Positions 19,980 through 28,760 of a stretch of 57,852 nt of DNA are shown piece after piece. Where the stretch lies: positions 1 to 57,852 of IMG/VR virus record IMGVR_UViG_3300037470_000433, one strand, 5' to 3'. How positions within the stretch are numbered: the first letter of the stretch is position 1; each line of letters opens with the position of its first letter. This stretch comes from a virus (Duplodnaviria > Caudoviricetes). The notes under the pieces are model-generated. The model did no database searches, was not told the DNA's origin, and saw nothing but the letters and a program-made list of their open reading frames with translations. The translations under genes and the position numbers were made by a program.

Positions 19980-20267
19980 GTGAAGAAGCCATGGGAGGGC
20001 AACTGCCAGATAAAAGGGACCTCATTCACATGCAACCACTGCCCAACCAAGGGTGGCCCATACGGGGATGACGTTGTCACCCGGCGCATGGCGAGCAATC
20101 ACATCGTTAAGTATCATCCCGACATCGCCAAGCCGTCGTCGCAGCAGGGGGTGAGCGAGTCGAAGCGGCCTTACACGCCGCGCAAACAGAAGGCCGGCAT
20201 CGGGGTGAACTATTGCCCCGGCTGCGGCTGCAACCTCAACGCCGTGCGGGTGGCTCTGTCATTATGA
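19980..20267 (+). CDS. Small zinc-finger protein
   Basis: CNHC…H…H and a C-terminal YCPGCG. Confidence 0.6.
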   Translation: MKKPWEGNCQIKGTSFTCNHCPTKGGPYGDDVVTRRMASNHIVKYHPDIAKPSSQQGVSESKRPYTPRKQKAGIGVNYCPGCGCNLNAVRVALSL

Positions 20268-20533
20268 GCGCCACCAAGCCAATGCGGGTCACCTGGACTC
20301 AGGATGACGAGTTGCGCTGCGCCATCCTCGCCGGGATGGGCTTTAGCACGAAGTTCATCATGGAGGAGACTGGGCTGACGGCGTGCCAGATCAGCTACCG
20401 CCTGAGAAAGGCGGCCATCAAACGCGCTGACTATCGCAACGGGCAGAGCGCCGTGGCGGAGCGTGTGCTAGGCTACGCCCCAGCCAGCAAACAAGCCATT
20501 CGTGGCATCCTGAAGCTGGAGGTGATCAAATAA
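20264..20533 (+). CDS. Putative HTH DNA-binding protein
   Basis: 'WTQDDE…GFSTKFIMEETGLTACQISYRL'. Confidence 0.55.
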   Translation: MSATKPMRVTWTQDDELRCAILAGMGFSTKFIMEETGLTACQISYRLRKAAIKRADYRNGQSAVAERVLGYAPASKQAIRGILKLEVIK

Positions 20534-20763
20534 TGCGAACCATGAAGCTGGGAGAAATCCTGACTGATGCCCAGATCGAGCGGACGCTGGACATTATCCA
20601 GAGCACCACCCGGCATGACCGCATCGCCAAGCTGAAAGAATACTTCAGCTCGTTCAAGGATGAGCTGGAGAAGAAAGGGGTGCTCCCCGACTACCTGGCG
20701 TATGTCGTCGAGTATTTGCTGGCAAACCAGATCAAAAAAGTCGAAACATATGAGAGAAACTAA
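20533..20763 (+). CDS. Hypothetical protein
   Basis: Coupled 76-aa ORF. Confidence 0.55.
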   Translation: MRTMKLGEILTDAQIERTLDIIQSTTRHDRIAKLKEYFSSFKDELEKKGVLPDYLAYVVEYLLANQIKKVETYERN

Positions 20764-20958
20764 AAGCCTGACCGGTTGAGTCAGGCTTCCATCCCAGCTC
20801 GGATTTCCGAGCTGGGCCTTCCGTGCGGTGCATTTGTGTGCATCGCAGAGAGGGCACAAAACCTCGACCGGCGCGCATCACGCCGGCACCGTCCGGAAAA
20901 GGACAATGATGATAAGGTTAGCCGCAGCCACCTGACAAAAAGGTTCGGAATGTAAAAC

Positions 20959-21390
20959 ATGAACAAAGCAGTACAACTCGGGCTCGAAGCAACCAACAAC
21001 GCACGTCAGAACAACGTCACCTCGACGGCTCAACAGAAGATCGGCTTCATCCTCGATGAGCGCGCCAAGATCAAGTCCTACAGCGACGCCAAGAAGGTCC
21101 AGCAGGAAGCGCTGAGCAAGCTGGCCTTGGAGGTGGTGACATACCAGGACGTGACCGGAGTTGAGCTTCCGACCGCGCCCAATCAGAACCAGGTGACCAT
21201 CATCAAGGCGATTGAGCAGATCAACGCCTCGAATCAGAAGTCGGTGGAGTTCACATCCAAGAGCCACATTGACGGCACCGCCTCCTACGACAAGTCCATC
21301 GCGGCCTGCCAGGAGCGCATCAAGGTGCTGAACGAGGAACTTGCCAAGCTGGCGGTTGACGTGGTCACCGAAGAACAGGTCGTCGGCTAA
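20959..21390 (+). CDS. Coiled-coil hypothetical protein upstream of the Ubl gene
   Basis: Biased codons; internal repeat LSKLALEVVT / LAKLAVDVVT. Confidence 0.7.
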   Translation: MNKAVQLGLEATNNARQNNVTSTAQQKIGFILDERAKIKSYSDAKKVQQEALSKLALEVVTYQDVTGVELPTAPNQNQVTIIKAIEQINASNQKSVEFTSKSHIDGTASYDKSIAACQERIKVLNEELAKLAVDVVTEEQVVG

Positions 21391-21434
21391 TTCGAGCGAC
21401 GAGAAACAAACCAAACACCAAAACAAGGTAACAA

Positions 21435-21746
21435 ATGAACGTAAAAATCAAATACGGCATTGACGAGTTCGACAAGCACACGCTCTCGGACTCGTTCACC
21501 ATCGGTCAGCTCATCCGCGACGATGAAACCCGAGCCTACCTCGGCTACGGCGACAATGTCCGCGCCCTGATCAACGGCGTGGAGCAACCGGAAAGCGCCA
21601 TCGTCCCCGACGGGGCGACGGTGGTCATCGAGACGCGCGCCAACAGCAAGGCGGTGCAGGCCGCGACGGACGAGATGATGGACTCGCTTGAAGAAACCAT
21701 CTGCAAGATCAACGAACTGGTGGGCCTGATCCGCCAGTCCGCTTAA
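21435..21746 (+). CDS. Ubiquitin-like (beta-grasp) protein with C-terminal helical extension
   Basis: Strand-strand-helix pattern 'VKIKYG…TIGQLI…VRALINGV…VPDGATVVIETRANSKA'; adjacent to E2, E1 and JAB genes. Confidence 0.65.
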   Translation: MNVKIKYGIDEFDKHTLSDSFTIGQLIRDDETRAYLGYGDNVRALINGVEQPESAIVPDGATVVIETRANSKAVQAATDEMMDSLEETICKINELVGLIRQSA

Positions 21747-21765
21747 TAATCAGAGTTGGATAACA

Positions 21766-21801
21766 AGCCGGCCCGGGCAACTCCGGGCCGGCTCTTTTTT
21801 T
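21766..21801 (+). terminator. Rho-independent terminator
   Basis: AGCCGGCCCGG-loop-CCGGGCCGGCT followed by a T7 run. Confidence 0.85.
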
Positions 21802-21824
21802 GAACCAATTAAAACAAAGGACTT

Positions 21825-22541
21825 ATGCCACAAGAAATCGAATTCATAATCAAACCAAACGGCCTGTTTCGCAGGCAAATCACGGAAGATGCAATCGACA
21901 TCAACGCAGCGATCATAGATCAGTTCTCCGCCTCAGTGTCGCGGACGGTCAAGAACGCCATCCCCATGAAGGTCGTGGACGAAGGCAACCCATGGCACGC
22001 CTCAGTGGTGGCGATGGCGGGGGGCGTTACCGTTTGGTCATTGCCGCTGACGAAGATCAGTCTCAACACCAACTACCAAACCGCCAACGGAATGGTTTAT
22101 CCGGCATTTGATGATGCCAGGTGCCCGACGCTAGCCATGGAGTGGGTGGCGCCACCAGGCATGGCAATCGTGCTAGGCGTGGCGCTCGACGACTCCTGGC
22201 GTTGCCAGAATCAATACCTGGTGGCGTTCGACGCGAACGGCAGGCAGTACCAAATGCCGCTCAGCAATCTCTACGCGGACTGCCGGCTGTGCAGCGGGAA
22301 GTATTCACAGCGGGCGAGCAGCGCCATTGACGCCCTGAGCGGAGCGCTGACCCAGTTCCGTAGTGGCAACTGGAACAGCGATCTATACAGCTCATCCACT
22401 CGCAACAATACGAGAGCGCTGTTCGGCTTCAAGGTTGAGGAGAAGGGATTCTCGCAGATTGAAGTTAATGACTGGGCAGCGAAATGTAACAAGATCGCGA
22501 ACGAATTCATCTCCGCAAACATCATCAACCACCTCAAGTAA
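21825..22541 (+). CDS. Prokaryotic E2-like ubiquitin-conjugating protein
   Basis: 'YQMPLSNLYADCRLCSG…FRSGNWNSDL' resembles the P-x-x-N-x4-5-(I/L)-C-x-G motif of PRTRC protein B/E2 family D. Confidence 0.6.
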   Translation: MPQEIEFIIKPNGLFRRQITEDAIDINAAIIDQFSASVSRTVKNAIPMKVVDEGNPWHASVVAMAGGVTVWSLPLTKISLNTNYQTANGMVYPAFDDARCPTLAMEWVAPPGMAIVLGVALDDSWRCQNQYLVAFDANGRQYQMPLSNLYADCRLCSGKYSQRASSAIDALSGALTQFRSGNWNSDLYSSSTRNNTRALFGFKVEEKGFSQIEVNDWAAKCNKIANEFISANIINHLK

Positions 22542-22877
22542 ATGAAAACACCCTACGAAATTCTAATGGAGGCACCGCCTGGTCAGAGCGCCACCATTAG
22601 CTTCGATTTGATAAAAAACGAGTGGGACGAGTGCAAGCAGCACTATCCCGTGGTCAACTCATCCGGCGGCGCGTCCGCAAACTCCCTGATCATGGCAGCG
22701 ATCCTGGCCAAGAGCGTGGACATGCGGCGGTTGCTGCTGCGCTCGACGGGTGAACGGGAGGACTTCGTCGCGATCATCAGCGCAGCGCAGCGCCGCCTGA
22801 CTGAAATGACATCGGCCAACCCGCCTGCTGCTGCGATGTATCAGGGCGTGTCCCAAACAATCATCATCCCGATATGA
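22542..22877 (+). CDS. Hypothetical protein within the Ubl operon
   Basis: Coupled to the E2 and E1 genes. Confidence 0.6.
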   Translation: MKTPYEILMEAPPGQSATISFDLIKNEWDECKQHYPVVNSSGGASANSLIMAAILAKSVDMRRLLLRSTGEREDFVAIISAAQRRLTEMTSANPPAAAMYQGVSQTIIIPI

Positions 22878-23566
22878 TCTACATCATAGGATGCGGCGGG
22901 GTGGGCAGTTGGCTGGCGCCGGCCATCTGCCCGCTGGTGGGACCGCAAAACGTCACCCTGATTGACGGCGACACCCTGGAGGAGAAGAACCTGAACCGAC
23001 AGTTGTTCGACTCCTCGCAGATTGGACAGAACAAGGCGGAGGCACTGGCTGAGAAGCATCGGTGCGCCGCCATCGCAGAGTATTACTCTGAATCACTGGT
23101 GCAGCACTACCCAACGGACTGGCTGTTGGTGGGGGTTGACAACCATGCGGGAAGGCGGGCTGCACTTACCACCTGTGACATCTCACAGTGCGGGGCGGTA
23201 TTCGCCGCGAACGAAATGTTCTCCAGCGAGGCGTTCGTTTACCAACCATCCTGGCGGGATGGCCCCAAAGACCCCAGGACCTATTATCCTGAAATCAACA
23301 CTGACGATACCGACGATCCCCGCCGCAGCAGCGTTGGCTGCACCGGAGAGGCCCAGGTTAAGAATCGTCAGCTTATCACCGCCAACATGATGGCGGCAGC
23401 TCTGGGCGCTCACCTGTTTGTGGTGTGGGCGCTGGAGGCGGGCAAGATGTCCAAGGCGGCGCGCGAGCACCTCCCCTTCAAACTGGTGAATAACTTCGCC
23501 GGAAACGAAACCCACAAACTGAGAGTAAGCAGCAAACAAAAGGACATACATGAGAAAGATAATTAG
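22874..23566 (+). CDS. ThiF/E1-like ubiquitin-activating enzyme
   Basis: IIGCGGVGS, LIDGDTLEEKNLNRQLF, GQNKAEAL, VGVDN…R, candidate catalytic Cys in 'VGCTG…QLITAN'. Confidence 0.92.
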   Translation: MIYIIGCGGVGSWLAPAICPLVGPQNVTLIDGDTLEEKNLNRQLFDSSQIGQNKAEALAEKHRCAAIAEYYSESLVQHYPTDWLLVGVDNHAGRRAALTTCDISQCGAVFAANEMFSSEAFVYQPSWRDGPKDPRTYYPEINTDDTDDPRRSSVGCTGEAQVKNRQLITANMMAAALGAHLFVVWALEAGKMSKAAREHLPFKLVNNFAGNETHKLRVSSKQKDIHEKDN

Positions 23567-24398
23567 AACTCTGTCGCGAGCGCAACTGGCCGCGATTCGC
23601 GATCCGGAAATAAGGGAAAACGGCAAGTTCATCGTTATTGACCTGCCGGCACAGGGAGATATGCCAAAGCCAAAACCCTACTGGCTTGGTCGGTGCGAAG
23701 GTTACACCGACAGCATTGAGATGGCGCACCCATACGCCTACTCTGTCGCTTTAGAAATGGGATTAGGCGGAAGGGTGAGTTATGCGCTGGTCGAGGAGGT
23801 CACCGACCCGCCGGAGACTATCAGTGAGCGACGCAAGCTGCGTGATGCGCTCATCGTGCTGGGGCAGTCGCTGTATAGCATGCTGCAAATCGCACCCACC
23901 AATCCCTCCATTCGCGCCCACATAATGGCCAGGATGCGAATTATGCCTCCGGCGGAGTTGGACACGTTCGAAAAGATTATCGAATGGATTGAATGCGAGC
24001 CAATCTCAGGCGGAGCGGGCCACCCCTCCGCTCGGAATGTCGCGGCATTCCATATTGACGCTGAGGCCAGCGAGGATGAGAGGGGGACATGCAGATTCCG
24101 GCGGGTATTGCGCGGCTCTGCCTCTGTGCCGATCACAGCCGCATTCATCGAGGAATGCCTCGAAGATGAGGATGCGGATTTTAGTGAGATACTGGACCTT
24201 GTGGTCAGTAGGATTGACGAGCAGTGCAGGGAGATTGAGTGCGATCAGATGGACGAGGACGCTGATTACTCAGACTTCGAGGCCCTCGACTACGATGGGC
24301 GGGAGTCAGACTTCGACCGCAGCAATGTCGAGCGACAACTCGCCAGGTATCTCAGAGCCCAACTGAACGAGGATCGGCTTCACGAACTCGGACTATAA
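23550..24398 (+). CDS. Hypothetical protein with acidic C-terminus, within the Ubl operon
   Basis: AAAGGAC leader; lies between E1 and JAB. Confidence 0.65.
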   Translation: MRKIIRTLSRAQLAAIRDPEIRENGKFIVIDLPAQGDMPKPKPYWLGRCEGYTDSIEMAHPYAYSVALEMGLGGRVSYALVEEVTDPPETISERRKLRDALIVLGQSLYSMLQIAPTNPSIRAHIMARMRIMPPAELDTFEKIIEWIECEPISGGAGHPSARNVAAFHIDAEASEDERGTCRFRRVLRGSASVPITAAFIEECLEDEDADFSEILDLVVSRIDEQCREIECDQMDEDADYSDFEALDYDGRESDFDRSNVERQLARYLRAQLNEDRLHELGL

Positions 24399-24412
24399 CC
24401 AAACCAAATAAA

Positions 24413-25603
24413 ATGAGCAAAAACACAAAAACATTAACAGAGACAAAGAACATATCCGGACTGCTCCGGCTAACCCTTGAGCATGAAGTGAAAAGCACCA
24501 AGTACGAGTTCGAGTGGAACGGGCCGAAAATCCCGGCGGAGGAGTGGCACAAAATTCTGGCCTTCTTCAAGTGGACCTACGAAACCACCAAGAGCGAATC
24601 GCAGGTCCGGCTGTATGTCAACTGCCGTCCGGAAGTCCGAACCTGGAAGGCGTGGGCATTCCCACAGAAAGCGAACACGGGCATAACCGCGCAGGAGATG
24701 GACACGCCAGAGACGGCCATCCAGCGGGCGCAGTTCAGCGACGCAGACGGCTGGCTGTACTTCGGGACGGTTCATCATCACTGCGCAATGTCGGCGTTCC
24801 AGTCTGGGACCGACCGGAACAACGAGCAGGGCCAGGATGGGCTTCACATCACCGTGGGTCACATTGACAAGCCACATCATGATATTCATGCCCGGCTCTA
24901 CATCGGCGGCAGGGAGCTGACTCCCGACCTGTCGGACTTCTGGGACCTGGGCGACATGGTCAGCAGCTTGCCCCATTGGGTGTGCGGACTGCTGCCAAAA
25001 GGGACGCCGCATAAGCTGGCGCTGTTCCACATGGGCGAGACATGTGCGACGGACTGCGCCTTCCCAGATGAATGGCAGGCCAACCTGATAGCGCCGGCCC
25101 CGACTCCCATCAGCGTAACCGTCAACAACTACACATCGGGCGGTGGCTACTTCCCGGCTTCAACTGGGAGGCACTTCCGAAAAGCGAGCTATCTGCAAAG
25201 GAGCAAGAACAAGCTCCCTTTCGACTTAGGCCGCGCCACCGACGAAATTGAAGGGTGGATTGAGCGGGCCAACGAGGAGAAAAACCAGGACGCCGCACTG
25301 GCGCATCAGCTCGATTGGAAGCTGGAGGATGTTGTTCAGGCGTGCTACGACATATCCGGCAAGCTGCACGATTATGAGATGGAGCTGATGGACATCCTGT
25401 GCCGCAATGACGTCCTGCCCGAGGACTGGATGAAACACGTCGAGCGGCTGATCGAACGCCGCGAGGAGAAGGCGATGGAGCAAGAGGCAGCAGAGGAGGC
25501 CGCCGCGAAGCAGGAGGCTGAAGGCGGCAAGGTTGCCATCGGCGACCAGTACCACGCCGACCAGAAGGCCATCGAGGACATGTACAACGAACGAGGCTGG
25601 TAA
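24413..25603 (+). CDS. JAB/MPN+ metallo-isopeptidase
   Basis: N-terminal Glu ('ESQVRLY'), 'GTVHHHCAMSAFQSGTD' (HxH-x7-S-x2-D) and 'GLHITVGHID'. Confidence 0.85.
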   Translation: MSKNTKTLTETKNISGLLRLTLEHEVKSTKYEFEWNGPKIPAEEWHKILAFFKWTYETTKSESQVRLYVNCRPEVRTWKAWAFPQKANTGITAQEMDTPETAIQRAQFSDADGWLYFGTVHHHCAMSAFQSGTDRNNEQGQDGLHITVGHIDKPHHDIHARLYIGGRELTPDLSDFWDLGDMVSSLPHWVCGLLPKGTPHKLALFHMGETCATDCAFPDEWQANLIAPAPTPISVTVNNYTSGGGYFPASTGRHFRKASYLQRSKNKLPFDLGRATDEIEGWIERANEEKNQDAALAHQLDWKLEDVVQACYDISGKLHDYEMELMDILCRNDVLPEDWMKHVERLIERREEKAMEQEAAEEAAAKQEAEGGKVAIGDQYHADQKAIEDMYNERGW

Positions 25604-25700
25604 ACGGACAGTAACTTCGTAAAATCTGGAACGGGGCGGCGGCGCATGTCCTGCCGAAAACTGGGAGTCCCAGCCCGCCCCGTTCCCTTCACTTAAAATC

Positions 25701-26183
25701 ATGAACAAAGACCCGAGCGTTCACGAAATAACCCCAAGGATGGTGGCTAGATTCGAGGAAAAATTCACCAAGTCGGATGGCTGCTGGGTTTGGAATCGCT
25801 GTAAAAACAAGAACGGTTACGGCTGGTTCAGCACCGGCAAGTACACCAAAGTAAAGGCGCATAGGCTGGCCTGGATAATGGCAAGAGGGACCATCCCTGG
25901 TGGATTGCATGTTTGTCACACATGCGACAACCCGCCGTGCGTAAACCCGGACCACCTGTTCCTAGGAACGCAACTTCAAAACATTCACGACTGTCGCGAC
26001 AAGGGGAGGGTTCCCAAAGGTCAGGGGCGTTCCATGTCCAAGCTGTCAGATGAAAACGTGATTAAAATCCGCCAGCTATACACAGCCGGAGGGATAACAC
26101 AGAGAGAGCTGTCATCCATGTTTGGAGTAGCTCAAGTATCAATCAGCAGAATTGTAACGCAGAAATACTGGAAACACTTATGA
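25701..26183 (+). CDS. HNH homing endonuclease
   Basis: 'GCWVW…GYG…AHRLAW…CHTCDNPPCVNPDHLFLGT' plus C-terminal HTH. Confidence 0.92.
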   Translation: MNKDPSVHEITPRMVARFEEKFTKSDGCWVWNRCKNKNGYGWFSTGKYTKVKAHRLAWIMARGTIPGGLHVCHTCDNPPCVNPDHLFLGTQLQNIHDCRDKGRVPKGQGRSMSKLSDENVIKIRQLYTAGGITQRELSSMFGVAQVSISRIVTQKYWKHL

Positions 26184-27094
26184 GCACAGAAACCACAAAA
26201 GAAAAATCAGTGTCGCTCGTTGAGCGCGAGATGGAATACACCCCATTCGGCGCAACCAGCAACAGCAACATTAAACTCAGCATCTCAATCGTTCGGAGGC
26301 TGATCGCGGTTCCCACCGCCACCGGCAAACTTCCCAGCGACGACGACTGCATCAAGTTCATGATGATGTGTAAAGCAAGGCTTCTAAACCCATTTGAGGC
26401 TGACGCCTTCCTGATCGGATACGACTCCAAGGACGGCCCAAAGTTCAGCCTGATCACGGCGCACCAGGCGTTCCTGAAGCGGGCTGAACTTCACAGCGAG
26501 TATGACGGCATGAAGTCTGGCGTCATCGTGCAGCAGGACGGTAGGCTGGTTGAAAATGAAGGTGACTTCCTGTTGGATGATGACGTCCTGGTTGGAGGCT
26601 GGGCAACGGTTTACTTCAAGAACCGGGCGCACCCCATGACGAAGAAGGTGAACCTGAAACGGTTCAACACCGGGCGCAGCATCTGGGCAAAAGACCCGGC
26701 GGGCATGATCGTAAAATGCGCGGAGGCTGATGCGCTGCGCTCCAGCTTCCCAACGATGCTGGGCGGCATGTATCTCAAAGAGGAGTTGGACGTCCAAGAG
26801 CCGGCCAGGGAGGCAAAGGCGCCCATCTTCAGCGTCGTAACGACCAACCCTCCGCCTCCGCCACCTCGGAAATCCGAAGCAGGAGAATCTCCTGTTGCCA
26901 TCGTTCGCGGATTGTGTGAACAATCCGGTATTGCTGAGTCGGACTTGATCGCTTTCATTAAGGAGATCGGGCTGGCAGATGACAACGATCAATGCTCCAC
27001 CCTTGATGGGACTCACGCCAGCAACGACGCGGCATTGGCCATGATCATTAATAACTGGGACGACATTGTATCCCGCATCATCACAGGAAAATAA
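26180..27094 (+). CDS. bet: Bet/RecT-family single-strand annealing protein
   Basis: 'FMMMCKARLLNPF', 'LVGGWATVYFK', 'W…PAGMIVKCAEADALRSSFP'. Confidence 0.88.
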   Translation: MSTETTKEKSVSLVEREMEYTPFGATSNSNIKLSISIVRRLIAVPTATGKLPSDDDCIKFMMMCKARLLNPFEADAFLIGYDSKDGPKFSLITAHQAFLKRAELHSEYDGMKSGVIVQQDGRLVENEGDFLLDDDVLVGGWATVYFKNRAHPMTKKVNLKRFNTGRSIWAKDPAGMIVKCAEADALRSSFPTMLGGMYLKEELDVQEPAREAKAPIFSVVTTNPPPPPPRKSEAGESPVAIVRGLCEQSGIAESDLIAFIKEIGLADDNDQCSTLDGTHASNDAALAMIINNWDDIVSRIITGK

Positions 27095-27384
27095 TGAACC
27101 CGATCAAGCAATGGATGGCTAAGCGGGCGGCGATTGCGGCCAACCGCAGGGCCGCTGAAGAAGCTGAGCGGCGCGCTCTTTTGGAGCAACGCCGAGCAAT
27201 GCTTAAAAAAGAGATGGATGAAGTTGCGGCTGACCTGGCCAAGGTCGGCCTGGCGGTCATGGAGCGGAAAGTCTCTCAGGAGGATGGCGAGCAGGGGAGG
27301 ATGTATGCCATCAATCCCAGCGGGAGAATCATCAAGATCAACGTCAACTACCGAGGCGGATTCACAATCGAAAAAATACTATGA
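27094..27384 (+). CDS. Hypothetical protein
   Basis: Coupled to both neighbours. Confidence 0.6.
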   Translation: MNPIKQWMAKRAAIAANRRAAEEAERRALLEQRRAMLKKEMDEVAADLAKVGLAVMERKVSQEDGEQGRMYAINPSGRIIKINVNYRGGFTIEKIL

Positions 27385-28508
27385 ACATCGAAGATAAAAC
27401 ATCACGCGGCGTTTTCACGTCCGCGTCCAACGCCCAAGCCGACTCGCTCTGCCAGGGGCGACACACAGCTCAACAGGGCATTCCTGACAGCGACAGCGCC
27501 GACGCCTCGTTCGGTCGGGAGATTCACGCCGCCCTGGCGAGCAACAACCCCGAAGGACTGGACGGCGAGCAGATCAGCATCTACGAGTCCTGCGTCGAGA
27601 TACGCGAGAAGCTGATCCAGGACGTGTTCGGGCTGGACGCTTCCAAAGTGAAGCGCATGGCCGAGCGGCGCTGCTGGGTGGGCGTCCTCGCTGCCGATGG
27701 TAAGACCCGCCTGCCTCACAGCGGCCAGCTCGACTTCCTGGCGCGTCACGGCGCCAAGGGGCTGATCATCGAATACAAGTGCCTTCCGGGCGATCTGCCG
27801 GATGCGCCCAGCAACCTTCAGCTTCGCGACCAGGTGGTGCTGGCGGCTGGCGAGCTGGTGCTCAAGGAAATCACAGTCGCCATCATTCAGCCGCTGGTCA
27901 CGCACCAGCCGGAGATGTGCCTCTACAACGAGGCAACCATCAAGCGCGCCGAAGCGGAAATGTTCCAGCGCGTCCGCAATTCCAACAATCCAACCGCTCC
28001 GCGAACCGCAGGCGAATCGCAGTGCAAGTTCTGCAAGGCGCGCCACGCGTGCCCCGAGCGGGCGCGGCTGCTGGAGGTTTCAACTCCAGTGGCAGTGTCG
28101 TCGCTGGCTGGTGTGGCAGTGGCCGATTGGACGCCAGCGCAACGGGCGCTGTTCTGCGACCGGCTGCCCATGGCGACCAAGTGGCTGGAGGAGTGCAAGA
28201 ACCAGCTCAAGGCCATTCTGGGCTCAGACCCGACCGCCATCCCGGGCTGGGCGCTGGAGCCGGGCACGGTCAAGAGGCCGGTGGTCAAGCCAGAGGAGCT
28301 ACATGCCCGCTTCCTGGCCCTGGGAGGCACGCCAGAGCAGTTTCTCTCCTGCGTGGACGTTGGGAAGGGGGACTTCGAGAAAGCCGTCAGAGCGGCCTCT
28401 GGGCTCAAAGGAAAGGCCCTGGCGGCAAAGGTCAAGGAGCTGCTGGACGGCCTGACCGCAGACAAGCAGGACGCGCCATCGCTGGCGAGGAGGGATCCGC
28501 TGCCATGA
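27381..28508 (+). CDS. Cas4-like PD-(D/E)xK exonuclease (DUF2800-like)
   Basis: SAS…C, G…H, 'GQLDF…IIEYK', 'NLQL', 'QCKFCKARHACP'. Confidence 0.8.
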   Translation: MNIEDKTSRGVFTSASNAQADSLCQGRHTAQQGIPDSDSADASFGREIHAALASNNPEGLDGEQISIYESCVEIREKLIQDVFGLDASKVKRMAERRCWVGVLAADGKTRLPHSGQLDFLARHGAKGLIIEYKCLPGDLPDAPSNLQLRDQVVLAAGELVLKEITVAIIQPLVTHQPEMCLYNEATIKRAEAEMFQRVRNSNNPTAPRTAGESQCKFCKARHACPERARLLEVSTPVAVSSLAGVAVADWTPAQRALFCDRLPMATKWLEECKNQLKAILGSDPTAIPGWALEPGTVKRPVVKPEELHARFLALGGTPEQFLSCVDVGKGDFEKAVRAASGLKGKALAAKVKELLDGLTADKQDAPSLARRDPLP

Positions 28509-28735
28509 TTAAGATCGAAAAAGGGATTCCGATTCCCCCGGTCCAGAGATACGGGAACGGCCTGACCAAGGAACACGAGCTGACAGAGGCGCTCAGGAAA
28601 ATGTCCGTCGGGGACTCGTTCAGATTGGACAAGTACCACCGGGGCACCTGCCATGCAATCGCCTCGTATTACAACCTGCACCTCACCACCAGAACCATCT
28701 CCCCAACTGAGATCAGGGTCTGGCGAACCAAGTAG
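28505..28735 (+). CDS. Small conserved phage protein (true start MIKIEKGIPIP)
   Basis: 'KIEKGIPIP…MSVGDSF…IRVWR' motif. Confidence 0.7.
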   Translation: MIKIEKGIPIPPVQRYGNGLTKEHELTEALRKMSVGDSFRLDKYHRGTCHAIASYYNLHLTTRTISPTEIRVWRTK

Positions 28736-28760
28736 CGACCACCAAACCAAAAGGACAAAC

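Noticed and set aside
22874-23566. ThiF as a thiamine or molybdopterin biosynthesis auxiliary gene
   Set aside because: No thiG, moaE or sulfurtransferase is present; neighbouring E2-like and JAB genes indicate protein conjugation
27779-28735. 318-aa ORF overlapping the Cas4-like gene
   Set aside because: Only the last 76 codons (from ATG 28505) look like a real protein
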